Shown piece after piece: positions 29,360 to 38,451 of a DNA stretch of 64,000 nucleotides. Below the pieces are notes generated by a model that searched no databases, was not told the origin of the DNA, and saw only the letters and a list, made by a program, of their open reading frames with translations. The DNA is taken from the NCBI RefSeq assembly GCF_030013595.1, contig NZ_CP122768.1; one strand, given 5' to 3'. The position numbers were made by a program, and so were the translations under genes. This DNA is from Escherichia coli (GTDB taxonomy: Bacteria > Pseudomonadota > Gammaproteobacteria > Enterobacterales > Enterobacteriaceae). Position 1 is the first letter of the stretch; every line of letters begins with the position of its first letter.

Positions 29360-31831
29360 TTAAGAATCAGCCTGACTCGGGATCAGTTTTTGCCAGATAA
29401 CTGAAACGTATTTTGCTTGGTAACGGGCGTCATCAAGTGCATTATGGCGCTCACCTTCGAATGGAATAGCCGTTCTGGCATCGAAATCTATGGCTTTCCC
29501 CAGCTCAACGATTGTGCGTACATCGCGATCGTTGTAGTAACGCCACGGGCAGGGGATCCCCTGCCGTTCGTATGAACGGCGCAAAATCGTGTTGTCGAAG
29601 TTGGCTCCATTTCCCCAAACCTGAACAAAAAATTCACCGGAGTTTTCGTCGATAAATTCCCGCAATTGTAACAGTGCATCATCTAACGGGATTTCATCGG
29701 TCATAATGGCAGATTGTGCTTCGCGTGATTGCTTAAGCCACCATTTAATGGTGTCCCGATCAATGACTCCGCCAGCAGTTTCCAGATCGATAGTCTTACT
29801 AAATTCCGGTCCTATATCTCCGGTTTGCGGATCGAAAAATATTGCACCTATTGAGATGATCGGTGCATCAGGATTTTTTCCCATGGTTTCAAGGTCGATC
29901 ATTAGATGGTCACACGTCCTGCTGGTGGATGTGATTTTGTGATGACCGTTCACCTTAATTGAGTGATCTGCCGTCTCGCCAGTTTCATTATCGCTATTGT
30001 GATGCTGATTGCCGCCAGTGTTCTCCTTGTGTGGATGTTCAGCGCCTTCCATTTCCTCCGGATCATCTTCCTGAACTTCAACCTGATACTCTTCATCGAA
30101 TGTTTCTTGGTATGTTGCGTCGCCCATCACCGCGCCACAATCAGGGCAGTTGCCGCCGCCGGTCTGACCGCAGGCGGTGCAGACTTTTTCCACTTCCTGT
30201 TGCGCCACTGGTTCAGGCTGTTTCGTTTCTGGCTCGTTTTGTAACGCATTTGGGCTGTTTTGTTCCGCTTTTTGGTAGTTCCGTTCCGATTCATGCTGGT
30301 TCTGGTTCACAGAATCGCGGGTCTGGATCCCCTTAACCCATTTCGGATCATTCGGGTCACTAATCCCTTCAACAAATTCACCATGTGATGCAGCAAGCAA
30401 CTTATCGGCGTCAGGCTGGCTGATATTGGCTGCCTGCATAATTTTGTTTACTTCGTCAGCGGTAACTTTTATCGGCTCTGGTTGTTCTGAATCTTCAGCG
30501 GTATCTACATTTTGCGGTAAGCCCGTGTATGTGCCATTTTTTCGGGCAAAATATTCTTCTTTTGTGATTTCAGTGGCGCCAGCAGCCAGTGCCTTATCTA
30601 GACCAGAAAGTTTGTTTGCGCGACCGTATTTTTCTCCGTCCTTATCTGCGAAGAGGAAATAGAACGGCCCCTCACGCTCTACAGATGGTTCAGCTTCCGG
30701 CGCGGTTTCATTTTTTGGGATATCAGATACCTCAGTTTCCACTGCATCAGTTTGTGTTTCTGATGACTGGAGAACATCAACAGTGCCCAGGTCTGTTTCT
30801 TCATTCTCAAACACGCCCTTTGTCGTCAGGTATTCGCAGATATATTTGTTCAGTGCTACGGGATCTTTGTGAATGTCGATCGGACGCTCACGGACAAGGC
30901 CAAAAATAGTTTGGCGGTCGTAGCGAAGGGCATCAGGCTGTTTGCGCATTGATGCCGAGATACGCTTCCAGTCTTCGCGGTCGTTGTCGATAACTTCTTT
31001 TTTTGCCCAGCGATGGATGCTGCCGTCAATGTTTCCGGCATCCACATCACCAGGCCAGAGAGCGTAGGCCAGTTCGTCATCCAGTGTTTTCCATGTCTGC
31101 TTGTATTCGCGATGAATGGCAGCAATGACCGGGCTGATTTTTCCTGTTGAATTTTCAGTGTACTGTTGATTGGCTCTGGCGCGGGCGAGATCAACAACAG
31201 ACGTGTATTTTCCGGTTTCCTTGCGTTCACCTTCGCGACGTTTTTTCCAGATGCGCATCTCTGCCTGAATTTCGGGCCATTTAGCACCAGGAATACATTT
31301 ATGCTTAACCCACCCAATGGCGTGCAACTTAAGCTCCGGATACATGGCGTTAACTTCTGGCATTTTCATCAACGCTTCAACGATATGTCCGTCGAATGTT
31401 GCCATGTCTTCCTGCAACAATTCCTGTGCGCTAATAACCATATCAACGGTGATGTTTTCACATGTGTCGAACTTAACCATGACAGCGTTCTGTACTTCAG
31501 GGGCCAGCTTGTCAAAAGTGACGTTCATCGGATCGGATTCAGTCTCAACCGGGACAAAAGAAGCAGACTCCTCATCCCAGCGGTTTTCCTGCATATATTC
31601 AGCATCCCATGAATCGAGGGCAGGGCGGGGTATGCCAGGTTTATCCTCGCAGACAATAAATTTATAAGCGCAGTCCTGAGCAGCCGGATAATGTTCCAGG
31701 AACTGCCAGTGAAATTTTGCTCGAGCACGGCGTTCGTCGCCAGCTTCAATGGCTGTGGCTACAGCCACAGCGCCTTCTTCCCTTGTTGCCAGTTCGTCAG
31801 GAATAGCGGCGCAAATAAAGACTTTACTCAT
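29360..31831 (-). CDS. prophage exonuclease-family protein (C-terminal DEDD-type 3'-5' exonuclease fold)
   Basis: 823 aa; C-terminus has DLET...GxNxxFD...H..LDDA exonuclease motifs; acidic central region. Confidence 0.65.
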   Translation of the reverse strand: MSKVFICAAIPDELATREEGAVAVATAIEAGDERRARAKFHWQFLEHYPAAQDCAYKFIVCEDKPGIPRPALDSWDAEYMQENRWDEESASFVPVETESDPMNVTFDKLAPEVQNAVMVKFDTCENITVDMVISAQELLQEDMATFDGHIVEALMKMPEVNAMYPELKLHAIGWVKHKCIPGAKWPEIQAEMRIWKKRREGERKETGKYTSVVDLARARANQQYTENSTGKISPVIAAIHREYKQTWKTLDDELAYALWPGDVDAGNIDGSIHRWAKKEVIDNDREDWKRISASMRKQPDALRYDRQTIFGLVRERPIDIHKDPVALNKYICEYLTTKGVFENEETDLGTVDVLQSSETQTDAVETEVSDIPKNETAPEAEPSVEREGPFYFLFADKDGEKYGRANKLSGLDKALAAGATEITKEEYFARKNGTYTGLPQNVDTAEDSEQPEPIKVTADEVNKIMQAANISQPDADKLLAASHGEFVEGISDPNDPKWVKGIQTRDSVNQNQHESERNYQKAEQNSPNALQNEPETKQPEPVAQQEVEKVCTACGQTGGGNCPDCGAVMGDATYQETFDEEYQVEVQEDDPEEMEGAEHPHKENTGGNQHHNSDNETGETADHSIKVNGHHKITSTSRTCDHLMIDLETMGKNPDAPIISIGAIFFDPQTGDIGPEFSKTIDLETAGGVIDRDTIKWWLKQSREAQSAIMTDEIPLDDALLQLREFIDENSGEFFVQVWGNGANFDNTILRRSYERQGIPCPWRYYNDRDVRTIVELGKAIDFDARTAIPFEGERHNALDDARYQAKYVSVIWQKLIPSQADS

Positions 31832-31924
31832 TTTGTTTTAACCTCATGACAGATTTAAGGATGAACAAATCCCTGCCATTGCTGGCATATAAGAATGAAA
31901 CCGGATATTTATTACGGAACTGTT

Positions 31925-32116
31925 TTAAAGACCTGCCGGGATTTCGATATTATCCTGGTGAATAACTTTATCGACCGGGTAACAGTTACCGGGAATTTTC
32001 TGTTCGGTTGCTGCAGTCATACACTCCTGCATTGTCCTGTGAACACTGTCTGCAATATCAACTGGCTCTCCGGAAACAAGAAAAACTGTCAGAACAAGCG
32101 CAAATGCTGAATTCAT
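31925..32116 (-). CDS. ydfD: YdfD small lysis/toxic peptide
   Basis: 63 aa from MNSAFALVLTVFLVSG matching recalled YdfD; overlaps dicB stop. Confidence 0.7.
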   Translation of the reverse strand: MNSAFALVLTVFLVSGEPVDIADSVHRTMQECMTAATEQKIPGNCYPVDKVIHQDNIEIPAGL

Positions 32117-32301
32117 TGTGTACATCCTTTTGGCATCAGACGTAAACGAGCCAGCATTGAAACAATGCATATTTTATTTAATAGCTCCCGTTCTTGTTTT
32201 CTCTTGTTAATGGCATCTTCAGTAAATACAGGGTTACTGATAGTGACACCAATTTCAAAACAACCTTCAGACGTATTAACGTTTGGTAATAACGTTTTCA
32301 T
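32113..32301 (-). CDS. dicB: cell-division inhibitor DicB
   Basis: 62 aa MKTLLPNVNTSEGCFEIGV... matching recalled DicB. Confidence 0.85.
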   Translation of the reverse strand: MKTLLPNVNTSEGCFEIGVTISNPVFTEDAINKRKQERELLNKICIVSMLARLRLMPKGCTQ

Positions 32302-32470
32302 TATCGCGTCCTCAACAATGAATTTTGTGATGCAGTGCCTGGTGCCTCCAGGTGACGTTAACCAGTTAACAATTAACGCCGGATACAGAGAATCCACCCA
32401 TAACACTGTTTTTGGTTTTAACTGTTCCGCGTGCGCTTAGCCGCATTCACCGCATCACAAAATTCACTTT

Positions 32471-32528
32471 AAAAACGGCGGCAGAGCAGTCACGGAGTAA
32501 AACTGATACCGCCAAACGTCACCAGAAA
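32471..32528 (-). ncRNA. dicF: DicF small regulatory RNA (ftsZ antisense)
   Basis: Minus-strand sequence TTTCTGGTGACGTTTGGCGGTATCAGTTTTACTCCGTGACTGCTCTGCCGCCGTTTTT matches recalled DicF; located upstream of dicB. Confidence 0.8.
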
Positions 32529-32803
32529 ATTGATAACAGAGGGCGTTGCAGCGGGGTTGTCACTTAAGCGTATGGTCAACCTGACAACTCGGTGTCCTCA
32601 ACGGGGAAGGAATAACCCCGCCATACTTACCGCCGCGCCATTTCGCGGGTTGCCACAACCGGAAGCGCACGGTCGAATTAAATTTAACGACACCGTACAG
32701 TGAGACGAACTTCGCCGTGCGCTTTCGTGTTGTGTGCCTGCTTTTAACCACGTCAGGCGAGGTGGTATCCTTCTTATCCCGAATAACCAAGAAGGAAATC
32801 TAT

Positions 32804-33004
32804 ATGACTAAAGAAGAATTTGTCTCTTATATTTTTGATAAAAAGGTTGAAATGTATGCCGCTACTTACGGGTCCTGTAATCCTCTGAATAAACCAGAGG
32901 GGAAAGATGATTTCGACAAAATTTACCGCTTCTTGGAGGACCGCTATATCAAAAGGTTAGAGGACGCAGGGATCAAATCCCCAGTGAAGTCACCATTGTC
33001 CTGA
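32804..33004 (+). CDS. hypothetical 66-aa protein, opposite strand to dicB operon
   Basis: ATG with RBS AAGGA in an AT-rich patch; no family recognised. Confidence 0.4.
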   Translation: MTKEEFVSYIFDKKVEMYAATYGSCNPLNKPEGKDDFDKIYRFLEDRYIKRLEDAGIKSPVKSPLS

Positions 33005-33350
33005 GAACTTGCAGGACGTCATGATCGTAACTTCCATCCAAACCGCGACGGCAAATTGCTTCTCGTATTACCGGAAGCAGTTCGCTGGAAATCTCGGTGC
33101 ATATTTCACCTGATAATACGCCTGGCTCAAGTGAGAATATTGGTGAACTTACGGTCTTGGTCTCGACAGTTTCAGAGTCAGTGCCAACATTATAAAGCTC
33201 AACGAAAGCGGTCTTGATTTTCCGGGCCAGATCTTTTGCTGGCTCGCTTGCAATATCTTTCCCGATTTCTCGCAGCACAGAATGCAATGTATGAGCTGCT
33301 GTTTTCTGTACATCAGACGGTAAATCTTTAAATTCCATCGTCAGCCTCAT
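32973..33350 (-). CDS. hypothetical prophage protein (dicB operon)
   Basis: 125-aa ORF between ydfA-like and dicF. Confidence 0.5.
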   Translation of the reverse strand: MRLTMEFKDLPSDVQKTAAHTLHSVLREIGKDIASEPAKDLARKIKTAFVELYNVGTDSETVETKTVSSPIFSLEPGVLSGEICTEISSELLPVIREAICRRGLDGSYDHDVLQVLRTMVTSLGI

Positions 33351-33502
33351 CAGTCAGTGTTTCTGGCTAACCAGCAACGCGCGCCAGATTCGGTTTTAAA
33401 CGTTTTGCTTTTGGTATACGTCATCGCGGTGAACGTGCCGTCCTGGTTGGGGAACACGCCACATACCAGAGATTCGCTGTTGCCAAGATCGATAGTATCC
33501 AT
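33350..33502 (-). CDS. ydfA: YdfA-like small protein
   Basis: 50 aa from MDTIDLGN..., first gene of dicB operon. Confidence 0.6.
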   Translation of the reverse strand: MDTIDLGNSESLVCGVFPNQDGTFTAMTYTKSKTFKTESGARCWLARNTD

Positions 33503-33615
33503 GCTGACCTCATTTCCCCTTAACGCCGGGGTAGCGGAACTGTTTGCTGAGAACACCGTGCGGTGTCTTGATGGAAAGTAATTTAGAATAACCTAACATA
33601 AGAGGCAAGTGTTTT

Positions 33616-33635
33616 TTGTTAGATTAGTCTAACAA
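33616..33635. promoter_or_regulatory. palindromic operator TTGTTAGA-N4-TCTAACAA (dicB-operon promoter side)
   Basis: Perfect 8-bp inverted halves with 4-bp spacer; second copy at 34128-34146. Confidence 0.6.
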
Positions 33636-33670
33636 AAAGAGTGGGCGCAACTAATCACTTGAAAAGAATG

Positions 33671-34078
33671 TTATTTTATTGATTTATTTTTACGCGCTTT
33701 AAGCATTTCTTCGAAGAGTTTGTTGAAGTTTTCTACTCTTGCGCGCATTTCAGACAGCAAGGCTTCCTGCTCGGAAGATGGAAGAGCATCGAATAATTCG
33801 ATCAATTCTTTGTGGTTGGGAGTTAGCTCTGTTTCCACATGAAGTTCTTGTGCCGGCACTGGTGCCTTGTCTTCGTCACCAAACATTAGCCATGTAGGTG
33901 AGCACTTCAGAGCATCCGCTAAAGCAAACAATCGTTTTCCGACTGGCTGGGTTTCGTCTCTTTCCCATTGTGAAATTGTGACGTGAGCAACCCCAGCGAG
34001 GCGCGCAGCTTCTCGTTGTGTTAAGCGTAATTCTTTTCGTCGCGCCAGAACTCGCTGGCCTAGGGTTCTTGTATCCAT
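33671..34078 (-). CDS. dicA: DicA-like HTH (XRE-family) repressor
   Basis: 135 aa; N-terminal HTH LTQREAARLAGVAHVTISQWERDET; C-terminal part close to recalled DicA. Confidence 0.75.
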   Translation of the reverse strand: MDTRTLGQRVLARRKELRLTQREAARLAGVAHVTISQWERDETQPVGKRLFALADALKCSPTWLMFGDEDKAPVPAQELHVETELTPNHKELIELFDALPSSEQEALLSEMRARVENFNKLFEEMLKARKNKSIK

Positions 34079-34127
34079 AGTTAGGTAATTCTAATTTTTC
34101 TTGACTTAGGTATCCCGCGCACAATAA

Positions 34128-34146
34128 TGTTAGAAAAGTCTAACAA
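34128..34146. promoter_or_regulatory. palindromic operator TGTTAGA-N4-TCTAACA in dicA/dicC divergent promoter region
   Basis: Same half-sites as 33616-33635; lies between divergent regulator genes. Confidence 0.6.
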
Positions 34147-34155
34147 TAGGAGGCT

Positions 34156-34386
34156 TTGATGCTTAAAGCTGACGCAATTACTTTTTTTGGCAGCAAAACA
34201 AAGCTTGCCAATGCCGCAGGAGTGAGACTGGCAAGTGTTGCTGCTTGGGGGATACTGGTTCCTGAAGGTCGCGCGATGCGTCTACAGGAGGCATCTGGCG
34301 GGGAGCTTCAGTATGATCCCAAAGTTTATGACGAATATCGTAAGACGAAGCGGGCGGGGCGGTTGAACAATGAAAATCACTCCTGA
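34156..34386 (+). CDS. dicC: DicC-like Cro-type regulator
   Basis: 76 aa; C-terminal half EGRAMRLQEASGGELQYDPKVYDEYRKTKRAGRLNNENHS matches recalled DicC. Confidence 0.75.
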   Translation: MMLKADAITFFGSKTKLANAAGVRLASVAAWGILVPEGRAMRLQEASGGELQYDPKVYDEYRKTKRAGRLNNENHS

Positions 34387-34891
34387 ACAGGCTCGTGAGG
34401 CTCTGGATGCCTGGATATGTCGACCAGGAATGACACAGGAGCAGGCGACGATATTAATCACTGAAGCATTCTGGGCTTTGAAAGAGCGCCCGAACATCGA
34501 TGTTCAGCGTGTCACAGATGAAGGTGGCGCGGTTGATCAGCGAGCGCTTGGCGTTAATCGAGTGAAGATATTCGAACGCTGGAAGGCTATCGACACTAGG
34601 GATAAGCGTGAAAAGTTCACGGCGCTAGTGCCTGCAATTATGGAGGCTATCCGGATTAATGATTTCAGGTTGTATCGTGAAATTAGTGACGGAAAAAGCA
34701 TCACGTACATGATCGCCGGGTTAAACAAAGAATATGGCGATGTGGTGGAGTCCGGACTGCTTTTTGCTGATCCTGCCGTAGTGGATCGTGAAACTGACGA
34801 ACTTATAGAAAAAGCAATTGCTTTCAAACTTGCGTATCGACTGCAATACCAACAAAAAGCTGGATGGAATTATGAGCCTTCTTTTTGCTGA
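34370..34891 (+). CDS. hypothetical early-region protein (CII/YdaT-position)
   Basis: 173-aa ORF overlapping dicC-like stop. Confidence 0.45.
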   Translation: MKITPEQAREALDAWICRPGMTQEQATILITEAFWALKERPNIDVQRVTDEGGAVDQRALGVNRVKIFERWKAIDTRDKREKFTALVPAIMEAIRINDFRLYREISDGKSITYMIAGLNKEYGDVVESGLLFADPAVVDRETDELIEKAIAFKLAYRLQYQQKAGWNYEPSFC

Positions 34892-35837
34892 ACGCCCACT
34901 GGTTATAAACACACAGCTTGCGATGAAGATTGGCTTAAATGAAGCCATTGTGTTGCAGCAGTTGCATTACTGGTTGAGAGATACCAATTCCGGCATGGAA
35001 TGTGATGGTGTTCGCTGGATTTACAACACAACGGAACAATGGCTGGAACAGTTCCCATTCTGGCCAGAGTCAACGTTAAAGCGCGCGTTTGCAAGTCTGA
35101 AAACGCTGGGGCTTTTGCGTTGTGAAAAGCTCAATAAATCAAAGCGCGATATGACCAATTTCTACACGATCAACTATGGGAGCGAGCTTTTAGATGGTGG
35201 CAAATTGAACGAATCCATCGGTTCAAAATGCGCCGCTCCATCAGGTCAAAATGACACGATGGAAGAGGTCAAAATGAAACGCTCCATTGGTTCAAAACGA
35301 CCCAATGTCATCGGGTCAAAATGGCCTGATGATCTTACAGAGAATACAACAGAGATTACTACAGAGAATAAAAACACTTTTCGTCCGGAAGCTTCGCAAC
35401 CGGACCCGCAGACCGCTGAACAGGATTTTTTAACCCGGAACCCCGACGCGGTTGTGTTTAGTGCGAAAAAACGCCAGTGGGGTAGCAGGGAGGATTTGGC
35501 GTGTGCGCAGTGGATTTGGGGGCGGATCGTGAACCTTTACGAACAGGCTGCCAGCGACGATGGAGAGATCATGCGACCAAAAGAGCCTAACTGGACAGCC
35601 TGGGCCAATGACGTGCGCACAATGCGGATGCTGGATGGCAGAAGCCACAGACAAATTTGCGAAATGTTTGGTCGGGTACAGCGAGATCCATTCTGGGTAA
35701 AAAACATCATGAGCCCGTCAAAACTCCGCGAAAAATGGGACGAACTGGTCATCCGCTTGGGACGTTCACCTGTACAGCGTTGTGTGAATCATATTTCTGA
35801 ACCGGATACAGAAATTCCGCCTGGTTTCAGGGGATAA
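34872..35837 (+). CDS. replication initiation protein (lambda O-like) with internal iterons
   Basis: 321 aa; repeated SIGSK/VIGSK peptide motifs encoded by direct DNA repeats around 35210-35330. Confidence 0.65.
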   Translation: MSLLFAERPLVINTQLAMKIGLNEAIVLQQLHYWLRDTNSGMECDGVRWIYNTTEQWLEQFPFWPESTLKRAFASLKTLGLLRCEKLNKSKRDMTNFYTINYGSELLDGGKLNESIGSKCAAPSGQNDTMEEVKMKRSIGSKRPNVIGSKWPDDLTENTTEITTENKNTFRPEASQPDPQTAEQDFLTRNPDAVVFSAKKRQWGSREDLACAQWIWGRIVNLYEQAASDDGEIMRPKEPNWTAWANDVRTMRMLDGRSHRQICEMFGRVQRDPFWVKNIMSPSKLREKWDELVIRLGRSPVQRCVNHISEPDTEIPPGFRG

Positions 35838-35877
35838 GTGTTGATTTCAGGTCATGAGGTAATTTTAAGGAGGACTT

Positions 35878-36273
35878 GTGGCAAAAGTTTTTACACAGGA
35901 AGAGCGGGAAAAAATTAAAGAGCAGGTGGTCGAACTTGTGCGCCAGAGCGGTCGCGAGACATTACGACAGTTGGAAGCTAAAACAGGTGCGACAAGATAT
36001 CTGATGAGCATTCTTGCCAGAGAGCTGGTTGCCAGTGGTTATGTATACAACTCCGGCTACGGGTTATTCCCGTCTGAACAGGCACGAAAGGACTGGCAAA
36101 ATGCCCGCAAAAAACTCTCTAGGGCGAAGGTGAAGAAACCCGCTGTGGTTGATCCGGACCTTATCTGGTCACTACCTGATGGAGAAATACGTCGCTACGA
36201 CAGTCGTCTAAACATAATCTGTCGCGAGTGCCGGAAGAGCGAAGTTATGCAGCGCATATTGTCGTTTTATTAG
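35878..36273 (+). CDS. hypothetical protein
   Basis: 131-aa ORF with RBS AAGGAGG. Confidence 0.5.
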   Translation: MAKVFTQEEREKIKEQVVELVRQSGRETLRQLEAKTGATRYLMSILARELVASGYVYNSGYGLFPSEQARKDWQNARKKLSRAKVKKPAVVDPDLIWSLPDGEIRRYDSRLNIICRECRKSEVMQRILSFY

Positions 36274-36615
36274 GGAAATGTTCGGTATCTATTTAAGTGA
36301 CGAGATTAAAGTGCATTAGTTAAGATGTAAATTGACATTTTCATGGCATAGGGTAGAGGTAGCGTGGTTGTCTGCTTTGTGCCATGAACTGATGTCGCTT
36401 GTGTGCGTGGCAATTAGTGTATAACGGATATCATCAGACTCCAGCAGTAGCATTGCTTGAGCATACTAACATATGAAATCTTTAGTTAACGTAAGATAAA
36501 TTAGATTTAGTTTTTTTGAGTATGAGCTCATAAATAATCAAAAAAACTTGATACGCCATATGACTTTGATTTATTTTGGGAAAATATAAAGGTAATGTAA
36601 TGTAAAGAGGAAAAT

Positions 36616-38103
36616 GTGGACATTAGAGACTGGCTACCAGAATTTCAAGTTTCAGCAGAAACAGATCGGGACTTACAGACCTATTTTTTTAAGCTACCGG
36701 CGATAAAGGATATTATTGAAAGTAGGGCTTGGTTGGTTCTTGGAAGAAAAGGTACTGGTAAAACAGCCATTTATGAACACCTTAGAAGAGGAAAACCAGC
36801 CAATCTCAACGGGTTTTACTCAGTATGTCTAAATTTTAGTGACTATCCATGGCCAGCCCATCAACTTTACAAGGATGCAATGGCTGGAGAACTTTCCGCT
36901 TATCAAAAAAGTTGGATGTATCTTTTTTATATTAAGGCATTATCTAAACTTATTGAAATAAAAAATGATGCTGGAGAGACTTTAAACAAAGATCTAACGT
37001 GGGCACATAATTATATCAAAACTATCTTTGGTAGTCCCGACCCAACTCTTAGGGAGGTTTTGTTTTCAAAAATAACCAGATTAAAAACCATAAAAGGGCC
37101 CAGTGCTGGTCTTAATGAAGTATCATTGGACGCAGGTGAAATTTCGTTAGAGGAAGTTGCTGAGAATGCTCAGCTAAAGCAAAAGCTAAGAGCTAATGCT
37201 TTCACATTGCTTACGTATTTTGAAAAAATTTTTAAAGATAACATTGGTAATGAAAAAATAATTATCGCCCTTGACCAATTAGACGAAAACTGGCTAGAGG
37301 GGCAAATTGAAGAATATAGTAAGGTTTTAATAAATCTGCTAAATGTCTGTAGAAACATAGCATCTGATGAACGCCTCAATGATAAATTAAAAGTCATTCC
37401 CTTCCTACGAACGGATATTTATCATTCTTTGAAATTCAATGATAAAAACAAATTATTGCAAGATAGTGCTATCATAATCTCATGGAATGAAAATAATCTA
37501 AACGATATGTATTATGAGAGGATAAAGAAATACAAACCTAATGATCTCATATTAGATGACGAAAAGGACAGATCTGGGAAAGTATTTGAGGTTTCATTCG
37601 TTAGGCAGGGGACTCCTCCATTTAAATATATATGTCGCCGTTCTTTCTTTAGGCCTAGGGATATTATTGTCTACTTCAACAAAATTAGGGCATGTCATAA
37701 AAATAATGTCTCAGGTCTTTACACTTCCAATGAGCTTTATGAAGCTGACCGTGAAGCATCTATAAGTGTGTACAATGAGGTGATTGATGAATGGTCCAAC
37801 CAATTCCCTGAAATTGAGAACTTACTAACTGTTCTTCAAACTATCCAAGTAGAAACATTCGATTTTAATGATTTCTCCGAGAAGTGCCGTAATGAATTTG
37901 CAGGTATTTCTGATGGGGTGATACGTCAATATATCAACTTCCTGTTTGATAACTCACTTATCGGACAAAAAAAACAAGGTAGATGGGAATACGTAAGTAG
38001 TTTGCCTAACTTAAAAATTAATCTACAAAATGAGTTTAGGACACATCATGCTTTAAAATACAGGTTGCATTTAATAGAAAGCAGACCGAGCCAAAATATT
38101 TAG
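36616..38103 (+). CDS. uncharacterised P-loop NTPase (candidate defence/abortive-infection moron)
   Basis: 495 aa from GTG with RBS AAGAGG; Walker A GRKGTGKT, Walker B-like IIIALDQLDE; gene and upstream region markedly AT-rich. Confidence 0.6.
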   Translation: MDIRDWLPEFQVSAETDRDLQTYFFKLPAIKDIIESRAWLVLGRKGTGKTAIYEHLRRGKPANLNGFYSVCLNFSDYPWPAHQLYKDAMAGELSAYQKSWMYLFYIKALSKLIEIKNDAGETLNKDLTWAHNYIKTIFGSPDPTLREVLFSKITRLKTIKGPSAGLNEVSLDAGEISLEEVAENAQLKQKLRANAFTLLTYFEKIFKDNIGNEKIIIALDQLDENWLEGQIEEYSKVLINLLNVCRNIASDERLNDKLKVIPFLRTDIYHSLKFNDKNKLLQDSAIIISWNENNLNDMYYERIKKYKPNDLILDDEKDRSGKVFEVSFVRQGTPPFKYICRRSFFRPRDIIVYFNKIRACHKNNVSGLYTSNELYEADREASISVYNEVIDEWSNQFPEIENLLTVLQTIQVETFDFNDFSEKCRNEFAGISDGVIRQYINFLFDNSLIGQKKQGRWEYVSSLPNLKINLQNEFRTHHALKYRLHLIESRPSQNI

Positions 38104-38451
38104 CTTACATCCATCTCCATTAAGAAATCTTGCTATTGTTCTTATGGATCGTCTTTCTGACTGATTTCATATTGGCGAGGTAAAGGTAGTTAAGTAGAAT
38201 GGCTGCGGGTGCTTGAGGCTATCTGCCTCGGGCATGAACACCAAAGGCAGATAGAGAAAAGCCCCAGTTAACATTACGCGTCCTGCAAGACGCTTAACAT
38301 TAATCTGAGGCCAATTTCATGCTAGACACATGTAGGTTAGCCTCTTACGTGCCGAAAGGCAAGGAGAAGCAGGCTAGTGTTAACACCAAGCTGTAATGTC
38401 CCCTTTGAACCATTCTAAAATGTCCCCAGACAATTCTCTGGGGGATTTTTC

